From Octopus sinensis (lineage: Eukaryota), in contig NC_043000.1 of assembly GCF_006345805.1 (NCBI RefSeq), positions 115,506,001 through 115,570,000 of the forward strand: a stretch of 64,000 bases of DNA, given 5' to 3'. The notes below the pieces were generated by a model. That model did no database searches. It was given only the letters and a program-made list of their open reading frames with translations, and had not been told where the DNA came from. Position numbers and translations under genes: made by a program. Position 1 is the first letter of the stretch. The number at the start of each line of letters is the position of its first letter. Of this stretch, positions 40,131 to 52,563 are shown piece by piece.

Positions 40131-40761
40131 GCATTCGTAGTATGGCTTAGCATTCTGGTTGGACCATTGGACATTCGGGTATGTAAAGGGCTTTGTGAAG
40201 GGTGAAGTAAAGTAGTTAGAGGTCAGGTTGAGTGGGGACGTGAGCATGGGTCCTGACTCTTTTACTACCTCGCATTGGAGACAGGGAGGATCTTTTCTGT
40301 TTGACTGCCACTTTTCAATTACTTCAATTTTTGTTCTAATTGATTTTATATTTAGTGTATTGGTGTAGTTTTGTATGCTAATCATTGACATGAAATACAT
40401 TTTCGCCCTAAATCAAAGAGTTATCAGCTTTTAAGGTTTTCAGATTTTGGTTAATTTTAGTCAGTCGAAAGTCACAGACATATAGGTGGTTATTTCCATA
40501 GTAACAAGCTAAGCTGCTTCTACGTGTTCTTTTTGTCGCTTATTAAATGCTCAAAACGTGCAGTACGAAATGTGCTAAACATAACGGCTAAATAGGCCTT
40601 AAATCACGCGCGAAAACTTTTTTGTTTTGTTTTTGCATAATCGTATGTATTCCCGCGTGTAGAATACAATTCGACAAAGTTTCCTGAAAATTCCAAAAAA
40701 TAAAAATCTCCACTGGTGTAGCTAAACAGAAAAAAATTCAAGAGGGATGAATGAAAATATT

Positions 40762-41170
40762 TATTTCTTTGCTGCCCACAAGGGGCTATACACAGAGGAG
40801 ACAAACGGATTTAGTGGATCATATCGACCCCAGCGCGTAACTGGTACTTATTTAATCGACCCCGAAAGGATGAAAGGCAAAGTCGACCTCGGCAGAATTT
40901 GATCTCAGAACGTAGCGGCAGACGAAATACCTATTTCTTTATTGTGTTTAGCCCCACAAGGGGCTAAACACAGAGAGGACAAACAAGGATAGACAAGCGG
41001 ATTAAGTCGATTACATCGACCCCAGTGCGTGAATGGTACTTAATTTATCGACCCCGAAAAGATGAAAGGCAAAGTTGACTTCGGCGGAATTTGAACTCAG
41101 AACGTAACGGCAGACGAAATACGGCTACGCATTTCGCCCGGCGTGCTAACGTTTCTGCCAGCTCGCCACC
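40762..41170 (-). mobile_element. Type A SINE dimer
   Basis: Two bodies joined at gaaata|ggtatttcgtc. Confidence 0.85.
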
Positions 41171-41894
41171 CTGAGATGAGTGAAATTATCATTAGTGTTT
41201 GATTATTCATCGTTATCGTAAAACCATATGGTTTTATAGCGTCAGGCATTGAAGCCTTTCGCTATTTCTACCAGCTATCTGTGGGGTGGGTTCAATTGCC
41301 GCCGAAGTTAACTTCAATTTTCATTCATCTTGGTATGATGATTGGCGAACATATCAGAGCACCAGCAAGTGATACCTTGTACTAATTGCTCCGGAGATCT
41401 GTGATCTAGGTTGAAGTCCCGCTAAGTCAGCCATATATTTTTATCATTTCGAGATATTGGGGAGATACGTATTTTGTACAATTGGATTTCACTCTTACTC
41501 ATATCGGTTTGTATTCCTTTATAAGCCACGCAGAAGAAGCATAGAAGATTACAGGAATACTAGCCATGACCTCCATCTACGATGTAATTTTACCAAAAGG
41601 TGGCGCTTGCATCGTTATCTGCATATTTAATGGTTAAAGTGGAAATGAAAGGAATATGCTGTGAATTTGGTTTTTGTATCGGGTCCCAGCCTTAAGAAAA
41701 TTTTAAACTTGATACTAACATTATTTACTCAATATTGATGGTATAGTTTCCACGTACAAATGATGAGGTGCTTATGGTGACGTTGGAGAAAGAGGGTCAG
41801 GCTCTTTTGGGGGTGAACCCAGTAAAGACAGCCTGGCAGATAATACTAAAAATAAATCAGAATAAGTCATCTGGTGTAAGATGAAGCGGTGCGT

Positions 41895-42291
41895 GTGTTT
41901 ATTCTTTTGTACTTTAGGCACAAGGCCCGAAATTTTGTGGGAGGGGGCCAATCGATTAGATTGACCCAATACGCGGCTAGTATTTAATTTATCGACCCCG
42001 AAAGGCAAAGTCGATCTCAACGGAATTTGAACTCAGAACATAAAGACAGGCGAAATACCTATTTCTTTACTACCCACAAGGGGCTAAACACAGAGAGGAT
42101 AAACAAGGACAGACAAACGGATTAAGTCGATTACATCGACCCCAGTGCGTAACTGGTACTTAATTTATCGATCCCGAAAGGAAGAAAGGCAAAGTCGACC
42201 TCGGCGGAATTTGAACTTAGAACGTAGCGGCAGACAAAATACCGCTAAGCATTTCGCCTGGCATGCTAACGTTTCTGCCAGCTTACCGACT
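41895..42291 (-). mobile_element. Type A SINE dimer with alternative 3' tail on the distal unit
   Basis: Junction at ~42055. Confidence 0.8.
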
Positions 42292-42463
42292 TAGTGCGTG
42301 TGTTTATTATTGGCATAATGACCCTCCCGATATACAACAAAATAATATTCATTCTCTTTTTTAACCAGCACGTATGTATTATATATAATGCTCTCCTGTT
42401 CGGCTGTTTGAGAATTGTTTACGAACAAAAATACTGAGAAAAAAAAAAAGTTGAAAAAGCTAC

Positions 42464-42557
42464 TCTCGCGAGACGGATTCGAACCACCGACCTAAGGATG
42501 TCAGATTTTTGAATCAATTACTACAGTCCTCCGCTCTACCAACTGAGCTATCGCGAG
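42464..42557 (-). tRNA. trnY: tRNA-Tyr(GTA) copy 3, 21-nt intron 42500-42520
   Basis: Complete cloverleaf, T-run terminator. Confidence 0.95.
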
Positions 42558-42637
42558 AACAATCACGAAGCTGTCAAATAAACCCTAAGACTGAATAGTT
42601 ACAATCTACTCTTGGACTTTATACATTTTATATTTAG

Positions 42638-42681
<44 letters not shown>

Positions 42682-42908
42682 GCGCGCGCACACACACACA
42701 CACTAGGCGGAAAAGTCCTGTTGATTTTGTCATTTGTGCCACTCCGCTATTTAGGTTTTCATGTATGTCTGTCAGTTGGTGACCCCTTAAACATGTATAA
42801 ATTTCTATTGCATGATATAATTAGCCCCTACCTCTGTATTAATACATGCCTATCCCTGTGAAATATATGGTTGGCGATATATAAATATAAAAAATAGCAT
42901 CCATTTAT

Positions 42909-42980
42909 TCTCAGATTATAATTTCAGCCTATGGACTTCCGGATCATGGTCCCAGCGTGCTTCTACCGCGCCACTCTGTT
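42909..42980 (-). pseudogene. Initiator tRNA-Met pseudogene, copy 2
   Basis: AACAGAGTGGCGCGGTAGAAGCACGCTGGGACCATGATCCGGAAGTCCATAGGCTGAAATTATAATCTGAGA aligns end to end with metazoan iMet, many substitutions. Confidence 0.75.
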
Positions 42981-43006
42981 CAGCCAATGATCAAGCTTAT
43001 ATATAA

Positions 43007-43516
43007 CTAGCAGTATCGCCCGGCGTTGCTCGGGTTTGTAAGGGAAATAACTATATAAGCATTTTTAGAGAGTTACTTCCCTTATAGATGCCAATTTGGG
43101 CTTTCTTAGCCATTTCTGTTTTGGTGTCTTCAAGCCATGAAGTCGTTGTTCTAAAAGAACGCTGGTCTCCTTGACAACGCTTTACGACGTTGATTTCCTT
43201 ACACTCCTTCCCCACAGCTTCACGAGGGAGGGAAGAAGGGGAGAAGCAAACAGGTGCGGGTGTGACCATGGACGCCAACTCCGCCGCCATCGACACACGA
43301 AAAATTATGCATTAAATGGAATAAAAAATGATGTTAAATTATTTTAAAAATCGTAGACTCATCGTAGACGCGCGCTAATACTCAGACGGGCTCGATATGA
43401 ATCACGACTATAAGATACCCGAATTTGGTTAAACTGCACCGCAAAATGTGGGAGTAGTTAGGAATCTAAATTGAAGGGGACAGACACTCACACAACTACA
43501 GTTTTATAAATATAGA
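43007..43516 (-). mobile_element. Non-autonomous Helitron, family H2
   Basis: A|TC 5' end, A/T site; 3'-terminal 33 nt identical to H1 copy at 18260, rest unrelated. Confidence 0.8.
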
Positions 43517-44035
43517 TGTATTATTTCTTATATTTTCTGTTCTGGGTTATATCAATTCTATTGCATCATCCATCATATGTCATTTATTATTTATTTTATA
43601 TATTTCTATGTATTGAACTGTTTCAAATGCAGAAAGCATAATAAAAACACAATTCCTGCTGCAGCAATGGGATATTAATTTACGAACTGAAAAGGCGACA
43701 TCTTACCCTGCCGATACACCGACCTTCACATCTGACAAACCCATACGCCATAAATCTATGCATTGCAAACGTTTCTGGATGTCAAATCATTCGCCATTGT
43801 CTGATCAACCAGAAGCAAATCAATTCTATAAACGTTTCCCCAGCGCAGCAAAGCAAGCGAGTTTGCTAGTTGTGTTTTCTTATGAGGATTGAATAAAATA
43901 TGCATGAGTAATTATAATAAACAATTAAATATTTTATTGATAGAAATTTAATAAAGATCGACTATCAATAATTGTCTGCATTTGTAGATATTGAGCATAC
44001 ACAACATATAATCTGGAAATTAAGAAGCATTCTTA

Positions 44036-44306
44036 TGGGCATTCTTTCGATGTATCTCGACAAAATTAAAACATTTCCCTTCGGGCATTCCCGTGGAAGC
44101 AAATGACAGTTCGATTCGGCTTAGAAATTTACGGATTTTACATACACACATGAAACAGGTACGAACAAATATGCAAAGCTTTTTTGTCTTCAAGTTTAAA
44201 ATGCGACATTGCTGGCATAATTTCGTTATATCTATACTCCACAACCCACAGAAATACCCGAAGTGAAAGGTTTTGATTTTGTCGAGCTATATCGAAAGAA
44301 TGCCCA
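44036..44306. mobile_element. MITE with ~60-bp TIRs
   Basis: tgggcattctttcgat..atcgaaagaatgccca; no clear TSD. Confidence 0.65.
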
Positions 44307-44362
44307 GGTATGTACTGTTCTCCACCCGGTGAACCCTTTCTAACGATTCCATTGTCGGTCTG

Positions 44363-44853
<491 letters not shown>

Positions 44854-44854
44854 G

Positions 44855-45205
44855 CGTGGGTGTGTGGTAAGACGTTTGCTTTCCGACTACATGGTTCCGA
44901 GTTCAATCTCACTGCGTGGCACCTTGGGCAAGTGCTTTCTACTATAGCCTCAGCCGACCTTGTGAGTGGATTTGGTAGACGGAAACCGAAAGAAGCGCAT
45001 TATGTATATATGTGTGCCTCTGTGTTTGTCCTCACCATCGCTTGATAACCGCTGTTGGTGTGTTTGCATCCGCGCAACTTAGCGGATCGGTAAAATACAC
45101 CGATAGAGTAAGTACCAGAACTTTAAAAAAATATAGCGGGGATGATTCGTTCGACTAAAACTATTCAAGGCGGTGCCCCAGCATGGCCACAGTCGAATGA
45201 CTGAA
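44855..45205 (+). mobile_element. Type B-related SINE
   Basis: Consensus match. Confidence 0.7.
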
Positions 45206-45364
45206 ACTCGTGTGGCTGTGTGGTAAGTAGCTTGCTTACCAACTACATGGTTCTGGGTTCAGTCCCACTGCGTTGCACCTTGGGCAAGTGTCTTCTACTA
45301 TAGCCTCTGGCCGACCAAAGTCTTGTGAGTGGATTTGGTAGACGGAAACTGGAAGAAGCCCGTC

Positions 45365-45418
<54 letters not shown>

Positions 45419-45462
45419 AAAAAATGAAGTTCGAAAATGCTGCTGTATTATACAATTTTTAA

Positions 45463-45532
45463 TTTTTATATATACATTATAACATGTTTCAGTTCCTGAA
45501 ATGGACCTTATCAAAAAAGTTATATATAAAAA
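45463..45532 (-). ncRNA. Hammerhead-like motif in PLE pseudo-LTR (U3-A8 variant)
   Basis: TTGATAA (45514-45508), stem II GGTCC/GGA(A)CT, GAAAC, palindromic AACATGTT, imperfect long stem I. Confidence 0.55.
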
Positions 45533-45854
45533 GAGACAGCTCATGCCGTCAAACACAAGAAATTCATTTATAATACACAACGGAGTCAGACATCTTAGAG
45601 TTCATGTATAGTTGATATATAGTTCATGTATAGTTGATATATAGTTTGAAGTATATGTTCAAAGTGTTCGATGCAGTGGCCCACGGTGGCGATACGTATT
45701 CAATACAAAAAACAGATCAAAGTGGTGGAAAGCGTCAATACAGAAGATTGATGTTTCCGAAAGAGCGAGGAATTCATTTTTACCTTAAGCAATTGTGATG
45801 ACCCATGGTGGAAGTTCGCTGGGTGGTTCTAGTGATTTTTTGTGAAATGCTTGG

Positions 45855-46226
45855 TTTTATAATGCCTGTTAGGTGGTCAATCTAGCGTAGCGTGACGTCA
45901 TCAATGTTTTGACCAATCGTTTCGTTAGGTGGCTTTAATCAAGTGGAACGGGACGTCATCATTATTTTGACCAATCGCTGCATTATAACTCCCTCTTGTT
46001 TGTTTCCTGTCTTGACCAGTCGCTTCGTTAGTCAAGCATAGCGGGATGTCATCCAGATTCTGCCCAATCACGACTTATAGCTACATTAGATCTGCCCCCT
46101 GTCTGTACTTGTTAGGTGACTATTCAAGCAGAAAAGGACGTCATCAATATTCTGACTAATGACTGTCCCCTGTTTGTATCCTGTCCATTCTAGCAGAGCT
46201 AGACGTCATCAACTTGTTGACCAATC
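45855..46226 (-). promoter_or_regulatory. Putative PLE Pol II promoter: five CRE+CCAAT modules and TATAAAA
   Basis: GA(C/T)GTCATC-N8-G(A/C)C(C/T)AAT at 45894, 45952, 46045, 46137, 46202; TATAAAA on minus strand 45861-45855. Confidence 0.55.
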
Positions 46227-46395
46227 AGAATCGGGTCTGACCCTTAGCTGTATCGTATGTATCAGGGTCAGATTTGCACGAAAGAATTTTTTTCCCTTTT
46301 TTTACTAAGGCATATTTCCGTCAGAGTGAGTGTCTGTTTGAAGTAGCGGCCGTGGTGAAATTTGGTTCTCCTTTTCGGAGGACTTATCTTTTGTT

Positions 46396-49330
46396 TTAGT
46401 ATTCCTGGCCCAGGGTGTTTAAACTTGGTCTAAATTTTTTTATGAAATATAGTTCTTTATTTTGGCGTTGTGTGAAGGTTGCGTTGTCACTGATTTATAG
46501 AGCGGGTTAGTTGTAAATTTCGGATTTACATTTCCAGCACATCTATCTATGTGTCCGCTGACCGGTATTTTGCGGTAATCAGGGTTTCTAATTTGTGATT
46601 TATGCACCGCCATCCTGTTACGTAAGCTATTTTTTGTATGGCCTATATACTGCCTATTGCAGCCTGCGCATGTTATGACGTAAATTAAGTTTTCTGATGC
46701 GCAGGTGTAGTTTGTTCTAATGGTGAACTGGTGGCCTTGTTCCAGTATAAATTCTGATCCTTCTTTCAAGATGACACAGATTCCGCAGTTGGGCCTTCCA
46801 CATTTTCTAACTGCTGGTTTGTGGTTGATGTTGAGTGCAGTGTAGCTTGGGTTAAAATCCTTTTCAAGGATTTTGGTTGCCGTTTACTTTTAATGATGGT
46901 GTGTGTTTCGAGGATCCGGTTCATCTTTGGGTCTCCCTTTAGTAGGGCTGTGCTTTGTAGTATGGTGTTGAAGGCCTCATTGTTGAGTGGGTTGTGTGTA
47001 GAGATGTAGGGAAGGGTTTTTAATTGTTCTTTCTTTTTTGGTTTTGTTTGTCTCAGGTCTTCTATACTTAATTTAAGTACCCGTTGGATTGCACTGTCTA
47101 TTAGGGGCTGTGGATAGTTTCTATTTGTGAGTGTGGTTCTAAGTTCCTGGAGACGTGTGTGTCGGGTGTTTGTGTCTGATATTATGGTGCAAATCCTTCT
47201 AGCTAAACAAAAAGGGACATTCATTCTAGTGTGTCGTGGGTGGCATGAATCAAAGGGTAGGTACTGTTTAGAGTCTGTCGGTTTATAGTAGATATCTGTC
47301 TCTATTTTGTTGCCGGTTATCTTAATGAGGATGTCTAAAAATGGTAATTCTTTTTCGTTGTGGTCCATCGTGAATTGTATATTGTCATTTATTCCATTTA
47401 ATAGAATTTTAAATTCCTCAAGTTTCTCTATGCCTTTGTCCCAGATGATGAAACAGTCATCGAGGTATCTTTTCCAGTTGTTATGGATATAGGTGGCGAA
47501 GGTGTTTCCATATTTCTCGAGTGTCATCCGGTATAGTATTTTCTCGAGGTATCCCATCACTAGGTTGGCAAAAGATGGTGCAGTACGCGTGCCCATCGCT
47601 GTTCCCGATCTTTGCCTGTAGAAATCATTGTCAAAAATAAAATAATTGTTCTCTAAAATGAATCTAAGTCCTTCTATTATAAGGTCTTTGTTTATGCGAG
47701 TTGGGAGTTCAAAGGGGTAGTTATTCAGCCAGAAGGTGATCGCTTCTATTCCTAGGTTGTGAGGGATGTTAGAATAAAGATTAACTACGTCGAATGATAC
47801 TAGAAGGGTTTTCTCATTGACTGTTTTAGAGAGGTGGTTGAGCATATCTATATCGTCTCTTACGTAGCTTTTGATATGTTTTAGGAAAGGTTTAAGAAGT
47901 GTGTCTAAGAATATGCTGAGGCGGTGAGTTTCACATGCTGGCACTGCTATTATCGGTCTTAGTTTAAGATCATTTGGTGAAGGGATTTTTATGAGTGTGT
48001 CGGTGGATGTTTTGCACGTTTCTCTAATGGTTTGGCTTTTGTGTACCTTAGGGATACCATAGAACAAACTCGATTTGCATTTGAAGTTAGTGATGTATTC
48101 ATACTCCTTGTTTGTGAGTCCTTCTTGGTATGTGTTGATTAATGTCCTAAGGTTATGCATTATTTTTTGCTGGTTATACTGTTGGGCCCTTTCATAATAC
48201 GTTTCATCTCTTAATAGGGATAGCACTAAATTTTTATAATTGTTTGTATTCATTATTACTATCGCGTTGCCCTTATCTGCCTCCTTAATTGTTATTGTTT
48301 TGTCTTCTCTTAGTTTGATGAGGTCGTTCCATTCTCTTTTGTTGAAGTTAGGGCTGTGTTTTTGTTTCTTGATGAATTGAAACGGGAAATTAGTTATGTA
48401 GTCACATAGCGGTCTAAGGCTTTATTCTTACCTTTGGTGGGGGTGTAATTGCTCTTGTTTCTAGCTATTGAGTCCTCCTCTATTTGTTTGTCTTGAAATG
48501 CCTCGGTGAGTCTTAGTTTTCTGCAAAATTCCGAAATATCATCTTTCATTTCATAATAATTAGAACGTTGTGGGGTGGGTGTAAATTTAAGTCCTTTGGA
48601 GAGTATGCTTATTTCGTTAGGTGTAAGTTCTTTGTTTGAGAGATTGATTATCTTAATTACCTGAGGTTTCTTTTGTTTGTCCTTTGCCATCGTGTGTCCC
48701 TGTTCCTGTGTGTGGGGTCTAAAAAATGGTTGGTGTAGTTATGTTCAAAGCTATTATTTATCTGTCTCATGTTGTTATAATTGTCAGAGTGAGTTTGTGG
48801 TGCTCTGTTCTGGAGTCTGTTGTTGAACCTAGTGTTACGTCTTAGTTCCTCAGGTGTATTGTGTTGGTAGTTGTTTCCTCCGTAGTGCATTTGTTGTTTG
48901 TTAGGTTGTATGGTTGGTTCCTGGGGTGGATGTTTGGTAGTAGCGTTTTGGTTTGGTTATGTGGGTTGTATTTTATAGTATTGTATGTTGTGGCTCTTAG
49001 GTTCGTGGAATGGTGTGGTGGGACCCTATAAGTGTTTTGGGGTTGGTGTAGGTAGTGTGGGGTGCGTTTTAAATGCATTTTTCTGGTGTAGAGTGTGTTT
49101 GGATTTCTTGGTGGTTGTTCTGCTCTGTTGGTATGTCTATTTTCGAACTGGTGTGGTGGGCCTCTGTAGGTGTTTTGGGGTTGGTGTAGGTAGTGTGGGG
49201 TGTGTTTTAGGTGTACTTTTCTGGTGTAGAGTGTGGTAGGATTTCTTGGTGGTTGTTCCGTTCTATTGGTATTTGGTTTTGATTTGCTTAATTTTATGAA
49301 GGGGTTGTTGGATATGTGTTCATTTTTGAA
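46396..49330 (-). CDS. PLE polyprotein (low-complexity N-terminus, RT, GIY-YIG), frameshifted in this sequence
   Basis: ORF pieces 48842-49330, 48657-48890, 48394-48690, 46766-48390, 46440-46815, 46396-~46490 join by five -1 shifts to 980 codons. Confidence 0.85.
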
Positions 49331-50089
49331 TATATATGTATGTATATATATTTATGTGTGTGTGTATATGTTTGTGTGTCTGTGATTGTCCCCCCAACAT
49401 CGCTTGACAACCGATGCTGATGTGTTTACGTCCCCGTAACTTAGCAGTTCGGCAAAAGAGACCGATAGAATAAGTACTAGGTTTACAAAGAATAAGCTCT
49501 GGGGGTCGATTTGGTCGGCTAAAGGCGGTGCTCCAGCATGGCCGCAGTCAAATGCCTGAAACAAGTAAAAGAGTAAAAGAAAGTAAAGAGTACGCACACA
49601 CAAATATACATTTGCACAAATAATATTTCGATGCGCTCGTGTGACTGTGTATCTACCCGTATGCATACACCCAGGTATGTATGCATAAATCCACGCATAT
49701 GTGCATAACACAAATAATACAAATTTATTCCCACTCATGTAAAGACGGGGGTAAAGTTAATGAGACTGGGTCACCTTTCATAAATAAATAAAATACCCCC
49801 GCTCCACACTGTATAAATACTGTTATGGTGGTGTTTACATTAATTTGTGTAGATTGAGTAGCTCCAGAAGTAGAGTAATTACAGAGAGAAAGACGATTAA
49901 TTAATATGTTAATGAGATCAAGAATACAGTCAGTTTTAAGGAATGATATAATAATAGAATTAGGTGAATTCACAGTAATGGATGTATAAAATGAGTTTGT
50001 GTTGAACGATAGTAAAGAAATATTTTAAATAGCGGTATCGGCAGCAAACAGTGATGAGGAATAAACAAACTTTAAAAAAATAATAATAA

Positions 50090-50345
50090 ATGCGCCCTTT
50101 TTTAAAGCCTAGCCAGGCTCATGGGCCCGGTTTCCCGGTTTCAATGGCGTACATGTTCCCCAGCTGGACGGGACGCCAGTCCATCTCAGCGTTACTCATT
50201 TTTGCCAGCTGAGTGGACTGGAGCAACGTGAAAGGAAGTGTTTTGCTCAAGAACACAACGCGTCGCCCGGTCCTGGAATCGAAGCCACAATCTTACAATC
50301 ATGATGCTGACACCCTAACCACTAAGCCACGCGCCTCCACATAAA
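50090..50345 (-). mobile_element. tRNA-derived SINE, full length
   Basis: Head gaggcgcgtggcttagtggttagg, gaaaccgggaaaccgggccc tail motif shared with 883-1195. Confidence 0.75.
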
Positions 50346-51070
50346 CAAGCTTTACGCTAGTTAAAATATATTTGCGACATATTTGAACTAAGGGCAAATT
50401 TACTGCAGTAACTGTGGAGAAGAAATGTTCTGTTATGGTAAAAAGGTGTAAGAACACCAGATCTGCCCAGTCCTTTCCCCCAGCGGCTTACGAAACGCAT
50501 TTATGGCTCTTTAACCTTCCTCGGTGTGAAATACTGAAGAGAGATCATCCTTGGCAGATTCAAAGTCATAGTTTTAACTAAAAAGCACGCAACATCTGTG
50601 ACTGAGTTGCGCTAGAAGACTGCCATCTATATTTTATACTTAATGTTAATAAATTGTTGAAAGACAAATTTACTGCGGTATTCGTCTCTTACGGACGTGC
50701 TGTGTTAAAAACACTATGTATATATCGGAGGGTGACGGATATCGTCCGAGCAGCGGCTAACGAGAACCGCCAGATTAATTTTGGCTCCCTTGGATCAATT
50801 TAGTTCGATAATGTGTCAGTGGGATATATTCCAACATTTCTTGTAATGAAACCTTTTCTCATTTGGGGGAAACATAATGTCAAGAAATTTACCAATGTTT
50901 CAGCTAAAAAGATTCGTGATTTTCGTGCCAAAAGTTTGCCGAATAATCGTATTGTTCAGTTCTGTGTCTTTGTAAAGAATTTTAGTATTGAGATAGTGAT
51001 ACAATCATTTTGATGTGATAGAGAGAAGAGTAGTATCGTTTGTTAATCCTCAGATGTTCTTGTGATTGTT

Positions 51071-51136
51071 TAATTAGTGCTCAATTAGTAAATATTTGCC
51101 ATCGTTATGTCATTGGTTAGAATCCGTCTCGCAAGA
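51071..51136 (+). pseudogene. Highly degraded tRNA-Tyr copy
   Basis: ggttagaatccgtctcgcaaga + T-run matches the Tyr 3' end; gctcaattagtaaa matches the D arm; gtgattgtt leader shared with copy 3. Confidence 0.6.
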
Positions 51137-51394
51137 ATTGTTTTTAATTCTATTTTAATTAGTCCTTATACTGACGTAAATTACGAAATGATCTTCCTTG
51201 CACACACCTATCAGCGTTTCAGCATTTCTATTGATATTTTAAAATACACTACTTTTTAATTCATTAATTGCTTTCGATATTTTGTTTGTGTAAACTCCAC
51301 TCAACACAACTTTCTACAATTCTAAAATATTTGCTGAAATTTCATCAAATCACCTCTTTAGGATAAATATTCAATTATTAAACAAGACAAATTG

Positions 51395-51627
51395 AGGGTG
51401 GCCCCAAAAGTCACTGGACCATTTCAAGATGTAATAACATTTTAAAAAATTAATTCTTTCAGTTGTCTAGAACAAAATGGTGGCCGTTTGAAGGACGTAA
51501 TTTTCAAAATTAATTAAAAATGTTTTCCAAGATTTATTATTTATATAGGAAAAAAATAAATGTGAATATTTAATAAATAAAAGGGTTATAATATTTTGAA
51601 ATGGTCTAGTGACTTTTGGGCCACCTT
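51395..51627. mobile_element. Tc1/mariner-type MITE
   Basis: ~33-bp TIR agggtggccccaaaagtcactggaccatttcaa; internal CLEQNGGRL remnant. Confidence 0.75.
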
Positions 51628-52045
51628 ATATATATGAATGTTCTTTCTTTTGTTGAAATAGTGCAGACACTGCTAACACGATTTTGAAATCGAGTTTGTC
51701 TTTATAATAGGACGAGCAAAACGCCCCCCCCCCACGTCCAATGGACGGTGCTGAGTTGTCAAACATTTAAACCAAATTTTCTCAAAACTTGTCCGACCTT
51801 CCCATAGGTCTCCCCTTTGAGAAACACTGATTTAACCTAAATTTGAGACACCAGCAAAAGAAGAAATAAAGATAGACTTTTTTTCTATTCCAAAGGAAAA
51901 CGATTTTATTCACACAAATATGCAACCGAAGAGTTTAAAGTACTAGTGATGATAAGGCTGTTGACTGGGAGAACACAAACATGGTTTAAACAGTAAGCTT
52001 GGCAGGAAAGAAACCAAGTTAAGGTTAAATAATTTCCGACAGACG

Positions 52046-52271
52046 GAACGGATTTTATATAACAGCTGATGTACTTGCGCGTACAAATGTACGTTCCCAC
52101 GGCTTTATCGATCGCATTCTCACCTGGAATCGATTTTTGTAATTTTTCAAGACTTATACACACCCTGATACCGTCGGTATCTACATATCAAATTTGAGCG
52201 CAATCGGATAGAGGATGCCCGAGATCCTAGAAGACACACAGACAGACAGAACGGATTTTATATAATAAAGA
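52046..52271 (-). mobile_element. Possible Helitron-like 5' fragment
   Basis: tctttattatataaaatccgttctgtctgtctg start; no 3' CTAG end identified. Confidence 0.35.
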
Positions 52272-52370
52272 ACGGATTTTTATTCAACCGGCTGGCTAAT
52301 TGCAACATCAGTTGTTTTTCAATCTCTGTTTTTCTAAACCAGCGACAACGGATTTTATCTTAGCATGCGG

Positions 52371-52413
52371 TTGCTGCTGACGAAGCCCCGAAACGGCAGA
52401 AATGCGTGTGTAG
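52371..52413 (+). ncRNA. Degenerate hammerhead-like motif
   Basis: CTGACGA-A-GCC..GGC-A-GAAATGCGTG; stem I weak, G at cleavage position. Confidence 0.25.
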
Positions 52414-52491
52414 TATTTCTACCACAACTGGTGGACGATTCTCGTCTGCTACAGATATATTTTATGTTATTTGCTAACTATTTTGAAATAT

Positions 52492-52563
52492 ACTACTACT
52501 ACTACTACAACCACCACCACCACCACCACTAATACTACTACTACTACAACAACAACAACAACA

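Larger units (their letters stand above)
45415..49330 (-). mobile_element. Penelope-like element (PLE), 5'-truncated, canonical RT + C-terminal GIY-YIG, ~980-bp 3' pseudo-LTR
   Basis: KEADKG, GTAMGT..APSFANLVMG, RYLDD, KCGRPNCGIC linker, NLIYVITCAGCNRQYIG..R..VH..H, FRPSLN; (TA)n on both sides. Confidence 0.95.
45209..49590 (+). mobile_element. Type B SINE split by the Penelope-like insertion
   Basis: 5' half 45209-45414 ends in (TA)n; 3' half resumes at ~49331 after tatatatgta. Confidence 0.8.

Noticed and set aside
46396-48690. Programmed frameshifting or selenoprotein-coding Naiad-type PLE
   Set aside because: The endonuclease is C-terminal (Naiads have it N-terminal), there are no in-frame TGA codons, and five programmed shifts in one ORF are implausible.
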